A stretch of 64,000 bases of DNA from contig OY761614.1 of the NCBI GenBank assembly GCA_963664825.1, forward strand, positions 768,001 through 832,000, given 5' to 3'. Made by a program: the position numbers and the translations under genes. The notes under the pieces were generated by a model, which saw only the letters and a list, made by a program, of their open reading frames with translations, was not told where the DNA came from and searched no databases. Each line of letters opens with the position of its first letter. Position 1 is the first letter of the stretch. Of the stretch, positions 19,710-28,795 are shown piece after piece. The stretch comes from an uncultured Holophaga sp. (GTDB lineage: Bacteria > Acidobacteriota > Holophagae > Holophagales > Holophagaceae).

Positions 19710-21616
19710 CTCCGCGCCTCCGGCCCCGCTGGGCCTGGATCCTGTTCGCATTGGGCCTGCCCTGGCTGCTGACGCCCCTCTCCTGCGGGGCCAGCGCCCC
19801 GGGCTGCCTGGCCATGCTCTCGGCCTGGTCCTTCTGGATCGCGGTGCTGGTGCTGGCTTTCTTCGGCTTCCGGTGGCTCTGGCGAAGGCTGCTCTTCAAG
19901 GTGTCCCGGCGCCTCTGGGTGATCCTGCTCCTGGTCTCCATCCTGCCGGCCCTGACCCTCACGGTCTTCTTCCTGGGCTCCGGGTGGCTGGCCCTGGGGG
20001 CCCAGGTGAGCCGCTCCATCCAGGGCAATCTCAAACACCATGAGAGCGCGCTGCGCCAGGCGGCCAAGGAGGCCTCCGACGACCGCGCCCTGCAATCCAT
20101 CCAGGTCCTTGGCGAGGCCTGGGTTTCCCACACGGAGAGCCTGCCCAAGGGCATGGAATCCGGCCTTCCCCTGCTGGTCTACACCCGCGTGCAGGGCTCA
20201 AAGCAACTCAAGGACGTCTTCTTGAGAGTGGCCACCCGGGAGCCCAAGGGATTCCGCCTGCTCACCCTCAATATCCACGACCTGGGGCTCGAGGGCCGTC
20301 AGGTCTGGGGGGGGCGGCTCCATTACCGGGTGGACTGGAGCCACCAATCCCAGCCCGAGACCCAACGCGTCAAGGGCGCCAAGGCCTCCCGGGAGAAGGA
20401 TTTCTCCCTGGAGAACGTCAATTTCTTCACCCAGGAGGAACCCCTGGCGGCCTGGTCCCTGGGGGATGTGGCCAGGGGTTCGGGGCTCCTGGCTTCCTTC
20501 TCGCTGCCGCCGGTCTCCGTGCGCGCCCTGGACTGGGAGACCGGGCGCCCCATGGTGCTCACCCTGCGCCCCGAAACCAGCCTGCGGGAGATCTTCCTGG
20601 GCTTCGGCTTCGGAGAGGGCAATCTCTCCGCCCAGGCCTTCGGGATCATGGTGGGTTTCGTGGTCCTGGTGATCCTGCTGGGGGGCTTCCAGGCGGTGGC
20701 CTTCTTCATGGGCCTGGGCCTGGCCCGCAGCCTGGGGCGCTCCGTGGAGAACCTCTTCCGGGGGGTGAAGCGCCTGGCCCAGGGGGATTTCCAGGTGCGT
20801 CTCCAGCCCCGGAGCCGGGATCAGGTGGCCCAGCTCGCCACGGCCTTCAACGATATGGCCGAGCGCCTCCAGGAGGCCGAGGAACAGCGCTCCGAGCGCT
20901 TGCGCCTGGAGGAGGAACTGCGGGTGGCCCGGGAGGTGCAGATGCGCCTGCTGCCGGATGTCTCCCTGCTGGCCCCGGCCATCCGGGCCACCATCCTGCC
21001 CGCCCGGGAAGTGGCAGGCGACTACTTCGATCTCTTCAAACTGCCCGATGGCCGCTACGCCTTCTTCATCGCCGACGTGAGCGGCAAGGGCACGAGCGCA
21101 GCCTTCTACGCCGCCGAGACCAAGGGCGTGCTGGCGGCCCTGGACAAGGTGCGCCTCGGTCCCCGGGACGTGCTCACGCGCCTCAACGCCATCTGGTGCG
21201 AGACCCATCCGCGCCAGGTCTTCCTCACGGCCATCTACGGGCTCTTCGATCCCGCCAGCGGCGCCTTCGCCTTCGCCAGGGCGGGCCATCCCTCGGGCTT
21301 CCTGCGCAGATCCAGCGGGGCCGTGGAGCGCCTGCGCCCCCGAGGCATCGGCATCGGGATGAGCCCGGATCGCTTCGAAGCCCTGCTGGGACTGGCGGAA
21401 GGCCGCCTGGAGCCCGGGGATAGCCTGCTCTTCTTCACCGATGGCCTCAGCGAAGCCCAGGATCCCGAAGGCGCCCTCTTCGGGGAGGATCGCCTGGAGG
21501 CGGCCCTAGCCCAAGGCCAGGGAGATCCCAAGACCCGCGTCCTCCTCGCCGTGGACACCTTCCTCAAGGGGCGCCCCCTGGAAGACGACCTCACGCTGCT
21601 GGTGTTGCAGCGCTGA
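19661..21616 (+). CDS. Membrane PP2C/SpoIIE (RsbU-like) phosphatase with HAMP domain
   Basis: N-terminal TMs; HAMP (LAQGDF..RDQVAQLATAFNDMAERL); EELRVAREVQ, EVAGDYFD, IADVSGKG, RAGH, FTDGLSEA, EDDLTL. Confidence 0.88.
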   Translation: MIHAFLRVLREFISQWSPRLRPRWAWILFALGLPWLLTPLSCGASAPGCLAMLSAWSFWIAVLVLAFFGFRWLWRRLLFKVSRRLWVILLLVSILPALTLTVFFLGSGWLALGAQVSRSIQGNLKHHESALRQAAKEASDDRALQSIQVLGEAWVSHTESLPKGMESGLPLLVYTRVQGSKQLKDVFLRVATREPKGFRLLTLNIHDLGLEGRQVWGGRLHYRVDWSHQSQPETQRVKGAKASREKDFSLENVNFFTQEEPLAAWSLGDVARGSGLLASFSLPPVSVRALDWETGRPMVLTLRPETSLREIFLGFGFGEGNLSAQAFGIMVGFVVLVILLGGFQAVAFFMGLGLARSLGRSVENLFRGVKRLAQGDFQVRLQPRSRDQVAQLATAFNDMAERLQEAEEQRSERLRLEEELRVAREVQMRLLPDVSLLAPAIRATILPAREVAGDYFDLFKLPDGRYAFFIADVSGKGTSAAFYAAETKGVLAALDKVRLGPRDVLTRLNAIWCETHPRQVFLTAIYGLFDPASGAFAFARAGHPSGFLRRSSGAVERLRPRGIGIGMSPDRFEALLGLAEGRLEPGDSLLFFTDGLSEAQDPEGALFGEDRLEAALAQGQGDPKTRVLLAVDTFLKGRPLEDDLTLLVLQR

Positions 21617-21664
21617 AGGGCTCTGATCGGTGCGTTCTGGAAGCGGAGCATTGAGCCTCCGCGA

Positions 21665-21737
21665 TTATCGGCGTGCATCTGCGTTCATCAGAGTTGAAAG
21701 TTTTTTAACAATGATGGACGCCGATGAACGCAGATAA
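21665..21737. repeat. Inverted tandem-repeat element (10-bp ATCTGCGTTC-like units)
   Basis: atcggcgtgc-atctgcgttc-atcagagtt, 11-nt AT-rich spacer, aacaatgatg-gacgccgatg-aacgcagata; ~31-bp imperfect inverted repeat. Confidence 0.75.
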
Positions 21738-21952
21738 CCTCGGGGTGGATGGTGCAGGCCCGGAACCTGCAGGGAAAGGGACCAGGTGCCCGAGGCCGAA
21801 AAGAACCTTCCAACATTCAGGCCCGCCGACAGGGCCACCTTCTGTGAGTCGCGTGAAGTCCGTGTTCCATGAAGGGTGCGAGGGCGGGTAGTCTATGAAA
21901 AACATTTATGACTTTCTCCGAATCGCCAACGCCCATTCCAGCAGGAGCTTGC

Positions 21953-24256
21953 ATGCACCCCCTCCTTCCAGCCCTGAGTCTCCTGTGCGTGCTGCCGCTG
22001 TTGGGCCAGACACCCGCCCAGCCGCGCCCTGCCCTCCCGACCACCCTCCAGAACGGAAGCTTTGAGGCGGGCAACCTGGGCCAGCTTCCGAAGGGCTGGT
22101 TCGTCCCCAAACCATGTGTGGATTCGGGATTCCGCTGTGAGCTCGCAGAGGACCCTGTGCTTCCAAGGAAGCGCAGCGCCTTGCTCTTCCACGAAGGAAC
22201 GAATACCGGAGCCTTCGGCAACCTGATGCAGATGGTGAATGCGACTCCTTACCGGGGGAAGCGCATCCGGCTGAAGGGACAGCTTCGCCTTGGCTCGGAA
22301 GAAACCAAGGGCACGAACGCTCAAGTGTGGCTCCGAGTGGACCGCGCCGGGAGGAAAATGGGCTTCTTCGATAACATGGACGACAGGCCTGTGCAGGCAT
22401 CAAGCTGGACGCCCTTTGAGATCATCGGGGATGTCGCTCCCGATGCTGAAGAGCTGGCACTGGGCGTCATGCTCCCTCGCGGGGGCAAAAATCTCTGGAT
22501 CGGGCCGATAGCCCTTGAAGTCCTTGGAAACACCCCTGTAATCAAGGCTGAGGGCCCGAAGGCGCTCACTCCGCAGAGTGTCCAGAACTTGGAGGCCTTT
22601 ACTAGGGCCCTGAACTACGTCCGTTTCTTTCATCCCAGCGACGAAGCCGTCAAGGCCGACTGGAACCGCCTCGCTGCCGAAGGCGTGCGAGCCGTGGAGG
22701 GAGCGGCTTCGACACGAGATCTGGTCCAGCGCCTGCAGTGCTTCTTCGCACCCTATGCCCCCTCAGCCCAGTTTCTGGCATCGGGGCAGAAACCCAAGGT
22801 ACCCGCGACACCGCCGGGTGCGGTCTTCGCTGTGCGTTGGAGCCACCTCGGCTTCGGCCAGAACAAACCTCAATCACCCTACAAGAGCACGCGGGAATTC
22901 ATCCCGCTGAAGGAGCGGGCCGGAAAGGGCTGGGCGGATCCCCGCACGACCGCGACCCTGAATCTGGCAGGAGGTGTGAGCGTGTGGCTTCCCTCTGTCA
23001 GCTTTGCGGACGCGGCCAAGGCCACCCTGCCCAAATCCATGGCAAAGCCAATGCCCGTGGAAACGTCCAAGCTGCCCGAACCCACCGCTGGCCTCCCTGG
23101 CAGCGGGGACGATCGGGCCACGCGCCTGGGTGATGTGGCCCTGGCCTGGGGTGTCTTCCAACACTTCTATCCCTACTTCGATGTGGTGAAGACCGACTGG
23201 CAGGCCGAACTTCCCAGAGCTCTGAATTCAGGTGCCCAGGATAAGGATGGGGAGGCTTTTAGGCATACCCTGGATTGCATGGTGGCCGCCCTGAAGGACG
23301 GGCATGGGGCCGTTAACAGCGAAAATTCGAAGGATTTCTCGGCACCCTCCTTAAAGTTAGTAATTTTGGATGGCTACCCCGTAGTCCAATTTGCCGGTGA
23401 GAATGCCAAGGTCGTGCCTGCAGGCAGCCGCATCCTCAGCGTGGATGGCGAAGCCTCCGAAGTGCGCTTGGCAAAACTAAGGAAGGAAATCTCCGCAGCC
23501 ACCGAAGGATGGATGAATACTCGCCTGGCAAATCTATTCCTGGTCGGTGATCTTGGCACGAAAGTGAACGTTCGCTATCGGACAGCCTCGGGGGATGAGG
23601 GTGAGGCGACTCTGTCTCGCGATGTGAATAATTGGGAGATCCCAGGCCCTCCGAAACCAGAGCCGCTGGCCGAACTCAAGCCGGGCATCTGGTACGTGGA
23701 TCTGGACCGCGTTTCGGATCAGGAATTCGAGGCGGCTCTACCGAAACTCGCCCAGGCCAAGGGCGTCGTGTTTGATCTGCGTGGGTACCCGAAAGGCTCA
23801 CCTAGTTTTCTCGCACATCTCACGGATAAACCCATGAAGAGTGCTCAGTGGAACAAGCCCATTGTCACCCAGCCCGATGGGAAGAACTGGGATTGGGACA
23901 CCTCAGGCCGCTGGGACCTGGTACCCGAAGCGCCGCGTATCGCAGGCAAAGTGGCCTTCCTCACGGGCGGCGGCGCCATCAGCTATGCCGAAAGCTGCAT
24001 GGGCATCGTGGAGGCCTATAAACTGGCGGAAATCGTCGGCGAGCCCACGGCGGGCACCAACGGCAACATCAATCCCTTCACCCTGCCGGGTGGCTATTCC
24101 ATCTCCTGGACCGGCATGAAGGTGCTGAAACACGACGGCACGACCCACCACGGCGTGGGCATCCGCCCCACCGTGCCGGTAAAACCCACGCTCCAGGGAA
24201 TCGCGGAAGGCCGGGACGAGGTGTTGGAGAAGGGCCTCGAGGTCGTCTCCCGCTGA
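21953..24256 (+). CDS. Secreted S41-family peptidase with N-terminal CBM-like domain
   Basis: AGGAG RBS then MHPLLP signal; NGSFE..QLPKGW CBM-like start; VRFFHPSD, HFYPYF, DGHG, VFDLRGYP, AISYAES, GEPTAGTNGN, GVGIRP. Confidence 0.85.
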   Translation: MHPLLPALSLLCVLPLLGQTPAQPRPALPTTLQNGSFEAGNLGQLPKGWFVPKPCVDSGFRCELAEDPVLPRKRSALLFHEGTNTGAFGNLMQMVNATPYRGKRIRLKGQLRLGSEETKGTNAQVWLRVDRAGRKMGFFDNMDDRPVQASSWTPFEIIGDVAPDAEELALGVMLPRGGKNLWIGPIALEVLGNTPVIKAEGPKALTPQSVQNLEAFTRALNYVRFFHPSDEAVKADWNRLAAEGVRAVEGAASTRDLVQRLQCFFAPYAPSAQFLASGQKPKVPATPPGAVFAVRWSHLGFGQNKPQSPYKSTREFIPLKERAGKGWADPRTTATLNLAGGVSVWLPSVSFADAAKATLPKSMAKPMPVETSKLPEPTAGLPGSGDDRATRLGDVALAWGVFQHFYPYFDVVKTDWQAELPRALNSGAQDKDGEAFRHTLDCMVAALKDGHGAVNSENSKDFSAPSLKLVILDGYPVVQFAGENAKVVPAGSRILSVDGEASEVRLAKLRKEISAATEGWMNTRLANLFLVGDLGTKVNVRYRTASGDEGEATLSRDVNNWEIPGPPKPEPLAELKPGIWYVDLDRVSDQEFEAALPKLAQAKGVVFDLRGYPKGSPSFLAHLTDKPMKSAQWNKPIVTQPDGKNWDWDTSGRWDLVPEAPRIAGKVAFLTGGGAISYAESCMGIVEAYKLAEIVGEPTAGTNGNINPFTLPGGYSISWTGMKVLKHDGTTHHGVGIRPTVPVKPTLQGIAEGRDEVLEKGLEVVSR

Positions 24257-24295
24257 ACATGTGCACCCCACCTCCCTTCGGGGGATAATCGGAGC

Positions 24296-25684
24296 ATGGT
24301 TCTTCGTTCTTTCCTGCCCTTGACCCTCTGCGCCGCGCTCATCGCCCAGGCTCCGCCCCCTTCCCCGGCCACGGACCCCGGCCCCTCGCTCATCACGGTG
24401 CCCATCCACATCGATCTGGCGCAGATGTTCACAACGGTCGAACAGGCCGCGCCCCGCGTGCCCCCGGGGGTGGAGACCTGGACGCCCCTGCCCGGAAAGG
24501 CCGGCACGGTCTTCCGCTTCAATCTCTACCGGGATCCCCTGAACTTCCGCCTCAATGCCAATCGCATCCAGGTGCGCACCACGGCCTACTATTGGCTGGA
24601 GGTGGGCGTGAAGGCGGCCTCCTACATCAAGGGCGTGGGCGCTTGCGGCAAGGGCCCCGAGGGCTTCCGACGAGTGCTCCTGGGCACGAGGGCCGAGCTG
24701 AACATCACGCCGACCTGGGGCCTCGAATTAAAGGCCCTGCCCGACGATCCCATGCCCTTCGCTCCCTGCGCCATCACCTTCCTGGGCTATGACATCACCA
24801 ATCAGGTGGTGGCGAGCATGAAGGACGCCCTGTGCAAAGCCACGGGGGCCATGGAGCAGCAGGTGCGCAATTCCGCCATGCTGCGCCAGAAGGCCGAGGC
24901 CATCTGGGCCCAGGCCCAGCAGCCCATCGCCCTCTCCGAGGGCCTGTGGCTGAGCCTCAACCCCGAGCGGCTGCGCCTGGCCCCCTGGACGAGCCAGGGC
25001 AAGGTCGTCACCATCACGCCGGAGATTCAGGCCCGCCCCGCCATTTCCCTGGGGCCGAAACCCGTGGTTCAGACCCGGCCCCTGCCCCCCCTGGAGAGCG
25101 CCACCAATGGCCTCCAGCCCGGTTTCAAGATCCGTGTGGACGCCGATCTCAGTTTCGAACACGCCACCGCCCAGCTGAAGAAGCAGCTCGCCGGCAAGCG
25201 CTTCGATACCGACAAGGGCCGCTTCGAGGTGCTGGACGTCTCCGTCTCCGGCAAGGAGGGCAAGGCCCTCATGGAAGTCAGCCTGAAGGGCCGCATCACC
25301 GGCAAGCTGAACCTGGCGGGCCATCTGGTCTACAACAAGGCCCTGGGCACCCTGCAATTCCAGGACCTGGATTACACCCTGGAGAGCAAGAGCTGGATCA
25401 CCAAGTTCGGCGAATGGCTCTACCGCTCCACCCTGAAGAAGACCCTCCAGGAGAAGGCCAACCTGTTCATGGACAAGAGCCTGAAGGATGTCCGGGCCCT
25501 GGCCCAGCAGGGCCTCAATCGCCCCCTCGCCTCGGGGCTCAGCCTGGCCGGCACGCTCACGGAACTGAAGCTGGGCCAGCCTCAGGTGCTGGCCGATCGC
25601 TTCCGCCTGGAGGCCTTCCTGGATGGCCAGGTGCAGGTGAACGTGGACCCCAAGGGGCTGCTGGGTTCCCTCGGCGGAAAGTGA
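24296..25684 (+). CDS. Secreted hypothetical protein, DUF4403-like
   Basis: Signal peptide; SLITVPIHIDL, AIWAQAQQPI..WLSLNPE, LDYTLES pattern recalled for DUF4403. Confidence 0.6.
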   Translation: MVLRSFLPLTLCAALIAQAPPPSPATDPGPSLITVPIHIDLAQMFTTVEQAAPRVPPGVETWTPLPGKAGTVFRFNLYRDPLNFRLNANRIQVRTTAYYWLEVGVKAASYIKGVGACGKGPEGFRRVLLGTRAELNITPTWGLELKALPDDPMPFAPCAITFLGYDITNQVVASMKDALCKATGAMEQQVRNSAMLRQKAEAIWAQAQQPIALSEGLWLSLNPERLRLAPWTSQGKVVTITPEIQARPAISLGPKPVVQTRPLPPLESATNGLQPGFKIRVDADLSFEHATAQLKKQLAGKRFDTDKGRFEVLDVSVSGKEGKALMEVSLKGRITGKLNLAGHLVYNKALGTLQFQDLDYTLESKSWITKFGEWLYRSTLKKTLQEKANLFMDKSLKDVRALAQQGLNRPLASGLSLAGTLTELKLGQPQVLADRFRLEAFLDGQVQVNVDPKGLLGSLGGK

Positions 25685-25695
25685 AGGAGGTCGCC

Positions 25696-26049
25696 ATGAT
25701 CCGTAGAAGCTCGGAATGGGTGGAGGAGCCCAAGGAGAATATCCGCGGGGGCCAGGGCAAGGCCCAGGGCGTGGTGTTCCTCCAGGAAGGCGAGATGGAA
25801 GGTGTGCTCAGCCTAGGGCGCACCACCCTGGAACCCGGCGCCACCATCGGCGAACATGCCCACCCCGACACGGAGGATCTCTACCTGATCCTGGAGGGCC
25901 GAGGCTCCGGTGTCCTGAATGGTGAGAGGTTTCCCGTGGGCCCCGGTGATCTCTTCCTGGTGAAGGCAGGGGGCAGTCATGGCCTGATCAACGACTCGAA
26001 GGGGCCTCTCACCTTCCTGGGCGTGCTCACACGAAAGGTCGCACCCTAA
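25696..26049 (+). CDS. Cupin-domain protein
   Basis: AAGGAGG RBS; LEPGATIGEHAHPDTEDLYLILEGRG and VGPGD..GGSHGLIN cupin motifs. Confidence 0.85.
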   Translation: MIRRSSEWVEEPKENIRGGQGKAQGVVFLQEGEMEGVLSLGRTTLEPGATIGEHAHPDTEDLYLILEGRGSGVLNGERFPVGPGDLFLVKAGGSHGLINDSKGPLTFLGVLTRKVAP

Positions 26050-26894
26050 TCGATGCGGATATCGCCATCGATGGTGTGCAGGCGGATCTCCTGTTCCCGG
26101 CCTGGGATGCGGCCCCGCAGCAGGTGTTCCTTGGATTCCTGGATCTCCAGGCGACCGAGATTCTGCCGGATGGAGCCGTCGCTGGTGCGGGCCTCGAGCC
26201 TCCCGGTCGCGGCACCCAGGCTGACGTGGAGGGAACCGTCCGTCGTCTGCATCCGGATGCCCTCCCCCCAGCCGTCCAGCCCCCGAGCCTGGATGCGCCC
26301 GTCCACGGTCTTGAGATCGATGCCACCCAGGACCTGCTCAAGCTCGATATTGCCATCCACCGTGGCGCCCTTGATCCGGGCGTTCAGGTTCCGGGCGCTG
26401 ATATCGCCATCCACCGCGTGAACATAGGCCTCACCCTTCAGGTTCTCGATGCGGATGCGCCCGTCCACCGTCTCGCAACGGGCATAGCCTTCCAGATCCT
26501 GGACGGAGATATCCCCGTCCACGCTGCGGGCCGCCACATTCAGTCGCCGGGGCACCTTCAGTGTCAGGTGGCAGACCGGCGCCCGATGGAAGCCGAAGAT
26601 GAAGCGGTGCCGGGGGACCCGCACCTCGATCTCGAGGCCGCCCTTCACCGGCCGCACTTGCAGTTCGGCCTTGTCCCCCGCGCTGCCATCGTGGAATTCG
26701 GCCACCAGGGAGACTTCCGGCCGGTCCCACCCCTGGAGGGCCACGCGGCCATCCACCTGCTGGATCCAGAGTTTGGCCCCCATGGCCAGAGGCTCCGTCC
26801 GCTCCACCCTCCGGCTGGGGGTCTGGGCCCCCAGGCTGAGGGTGGCCAGGAAGAAGAGGGGAGCGAAGAAGAGGGAGAGGAGCTGGGCCAGCAT
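26046..26894 (-). CDS. DUF4097/adhesin-like beta-strand repeat protein
   Basis: Start MLAQLL with signal peptide; repeated (T/S/A)VDG(D/R/N)I units. Confidence 0.75.
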   Translation of the reverse strand: MLAQLLSLFFAPLFFLATLSLGAQTPSRRVERTEPLAMGAKLWIQQVDGRVALQGWDRPEVSLVAEFHDGSAGDKAELQVRPVKGGLEIEVRVPRHRFIFGFHRAPVCHLTLKVPRRLNVAARSVDGDISVQDLEGYARCETVDGRIRIENLKGEAYVHAVDGDISARNLNARIKGATVDGNIELEQVLGGIDLKTVDGRIQARGLDGWGEGIRMQTTDGSLHVSLGAATGRLEARTSDGSIRQNLGRLEIQESKEHLLRGRIPGREQEIRLHTIDGDIRID

Positions 26895-27144
26895 GGGGCC
26901 TCCGGAAGGGATGCCTTCACGGTAGGCCACGCAAAGCAGGCTGGGAGACGCCATTCGGCGAAGGGGCCCCAGGGACCGGCCAGTGGAGGAAGGCACGGGG
27001 TGAGACAGGGATGGCCTCAGAGTGGGCAATGGGTTCGGCCGACTTGGAGTCGCGGTTCTCAGGCCAAACGCAGGCGTTGATGGCTGGGCGATCGGTTTTT
27101 CGAGCCGAAGTATGGACTGTCTAATAGACATAAATTGAATGTTT

Positions 27145-27579
27145 TCACCGTCTGAAGGCAAGGGTGAATACGCCGCCTGCAACCAAAAGGATTCCAGTCC
27201 ATTCACGCAGGGATGGGCGTTCGCCAAGAAATATCACAGCGAAAACAGCTACGAGCACCAAACTCAGTTTATCAATAGGCGCGACTTTCGAGGCTTCGCC
27301 AACTTGCAATGCGCGAAAGTAGCAAACCCACGAAGCTCCGGTGGCGAGTCCGGAAAGAGAGAGGAATATCCACGTCTTGGTAGATATAGCGAACGGGTTG
27401 CTCCATTTCCCTGTAGCCCAAACAAAAACGGCTAAAACGAATATAATAATTGCCGTTCGTATGAGCGTTGCAAAATCAGAATCGATACCACGTATGCCTA
27501 TTTTGGCAAAAATAGCCGTAAGTGCAGCGAAGATCGCCGAGAATATGGCCCAGATGAACCAAGACTGTGTGGGAGGCAT
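27145..27579 (-). CDS. Small EamA/DMT-family membrane protein
   Basis: 144 aa; WAIFSAIFAALTAIFAKIG, SGLATGASWVCYFRALQ, VAPIDKLS; visibly AT-richer than neighbours. Confidence 0.88.
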   Translation of the reverse strand: MPPTQSWFIWAIFSAIFAALTAIFAKIGIRGIDSDFATLIRTAIIIFVLAVFVWATGKWSNPFAISTKTWIFLSLSGLATGASWVCYFRALQVGEASKVAPIDKLSLVLVAVFAVIFLGERPSLREWTGILLVAGGVFTLAFRR

Positions 27580-27618
27580 GTGGCTATTACACCTCAGTCA
27601 TAACCGAACGATTTTAAG

Positions 27619-28107
27619 CTACTTCACCTCTTCCTTGCCTGTTTCCTCTGTCTTCTTTGGCGCCACCGGCACGGCCTTGACCTTAGGCGCTTCAGCGGGG
27701 TTGACGGTCGTCTGATAGGCCTTCCAGGAGGCCTCGGCCTTGGCGCGGATTTCTTCGGCCTTCTTGCGGTGGGCCTCGGCCCGGTGCCGGGCCTCTTCGG
27801 CCGCGTGGCCAGCCTTCTCCGCCTGCTTCAGGGCTTCGGCCTCGGCCTTCTTGTAGCGGGCCTGGCGGACCTTCTCCTGGGTGGCCCGCTGCTTCTGGGC
27901 ACGAGCCTCACCAGCCAGCCTATCGGCCTGGACCGTGCGCTTCTGGAGCTCCCGTTCGCGCCTGGCTTGGCGTTCCGCAGGCGCCACCGCTTTTACCTTG
28001 GACTTGGGGGCCGGGGAGCTCTGGACGGGCTTCGGGGCCTCGGCCTGGGAAGCGGGAACCTGGGCCTCCAGGGAGACCGCGAGCAGGAACATGGCGAAAA
28101 TATTCAT
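27619..28107 (-). CDS. Secreted Ala/Lys/Glu-rich coiled-coil hypothetical protein
   Basis: GGAG RBS, start MNIFAMFLLAV, signal peptide, low-complexity charged helix. Confidence 0.55.
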   Translation of the reverse strand: MNIFAMFLLAVSLEAQVPASQAEAPKPVQSSPAPKSKVKAVAPAERQARRERELQKRTVQADRLAGEARAQKQRATQEKVRQARYKKAEAEALKQAEKAGHAAEEARHRAEAHRKKAEEIRAKAEASWKAYQTTVNPAEAPKVKAVPVAPKKTEETGKEEVK

Positions 28108-28229
28108 GGCGACTCCGGGATTTGAACCAGTGTGCGCCGAGCGCCTGCCTCCATGCAAGCCAGCGAACAGGGAGGCAGAGCCTGTCATCCATTCACCGGT
28201 TCCAGAGGCCTCAGGAGCTGAATGTTGGA

Positions 28230-28267
28230 ACCAGTGAGAACTGTGAGGGCAGTGAGAACAGAGAAAA
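28230..28267. repeat. Left arm of 9-bp tandem array flanking the GxxExxY gene
   Basis: ac-cagtgagaa-ctgtgaggg-cagtgagaa-cagagaaaa. Confidence 0.7.
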
Positions 28268-28336
28268 ACGGATGAAGTTATTTTGTCGGAGCAGGCTTTC
28301 GGAGAGCACGGGTTTCTTGAGCCGCTTGGAGGGTCC

Positions 28337-28721
28337 ATGATCCAGCAAGATCCCCTCACGGAGCGCATTCTTGGGTGCGCGGTGAAGGTGTCGGCGGGGC
28401 TTGGGCCAGGCTTCATGGAAAAGGTCTATGAGAATGCACTGCTCCATGAGCTTCGCAAAGCCGGACTCGATGCGGAAGCTCAAAAAGGCATTGAAGTCAG
28501 GTACGACGGCATAGTCGTGGGCCAATTCGTCGCAGATGTGCTGGTCGAGCATCGAGTGCTCGTCGAGCTCAAGCCATCAAGGCGCTGGATGAACTCTGTC
28601 TGGCTCAGGCCCTGAACTATCTCCGAGCAACCGGGCTCCCGGTCTGTCTGCTGCTGAACTTGGGACCCCGAAACTCGAGATCCGTCGCTTGGTGCCAAGC
28701 CCCGCCTGGCGCCGGCCTTGA
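28337..28721 (+). pseudogene. GxxExxY protein (PD-(D/E)XK-like nuclease) with two single-base deletions
   Basis: LGPGFMEKVYENAL (GxxExxY), ADVLVEHRVLVELK; adding one base near 28574 gives AIKALDELCLAQALNYLRATGLPVCLLLN, and one near 28661 gives FGTPKLEIRRLV, the expected family C-terminus. Confidence 0.85.
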
Positions 28722-28727
28722 TCTTTC

Positions 28728-28756
28728 TTTCCAGTATTCTCACCGTCCTCACTGGT
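28728..28756. repeat. Right (inverted) arm flanking the GxxExxY gene
   Basis: Reverse complement reads ac-cagtgagga-cggtgagaa-tactggaaa, matching the left-arm terminus ACCAGTGAG. Confidence 0.7.
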
Positions 28757-28795
28757 AGATCTTTGACCCACGAAAACCCTGCGGCAACCTCCGGT

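Noticed and set aside
27000..27620. EamA gene as an integron cassette
   Set aside because: A GTTATGA lies upstream, but I found no RYYYAAC...GTTRRRY hairpin after the stop.
21808..28230. 13-bp inverted match TTCCAACATTCAG (21808-21820) / CTGAATGTTGGAA (28218-28230) as ends of a 6.4-kb element
   Set aside because: Matches this short are expected by chance in 64 kb; no target duplication or transposase lies between them.
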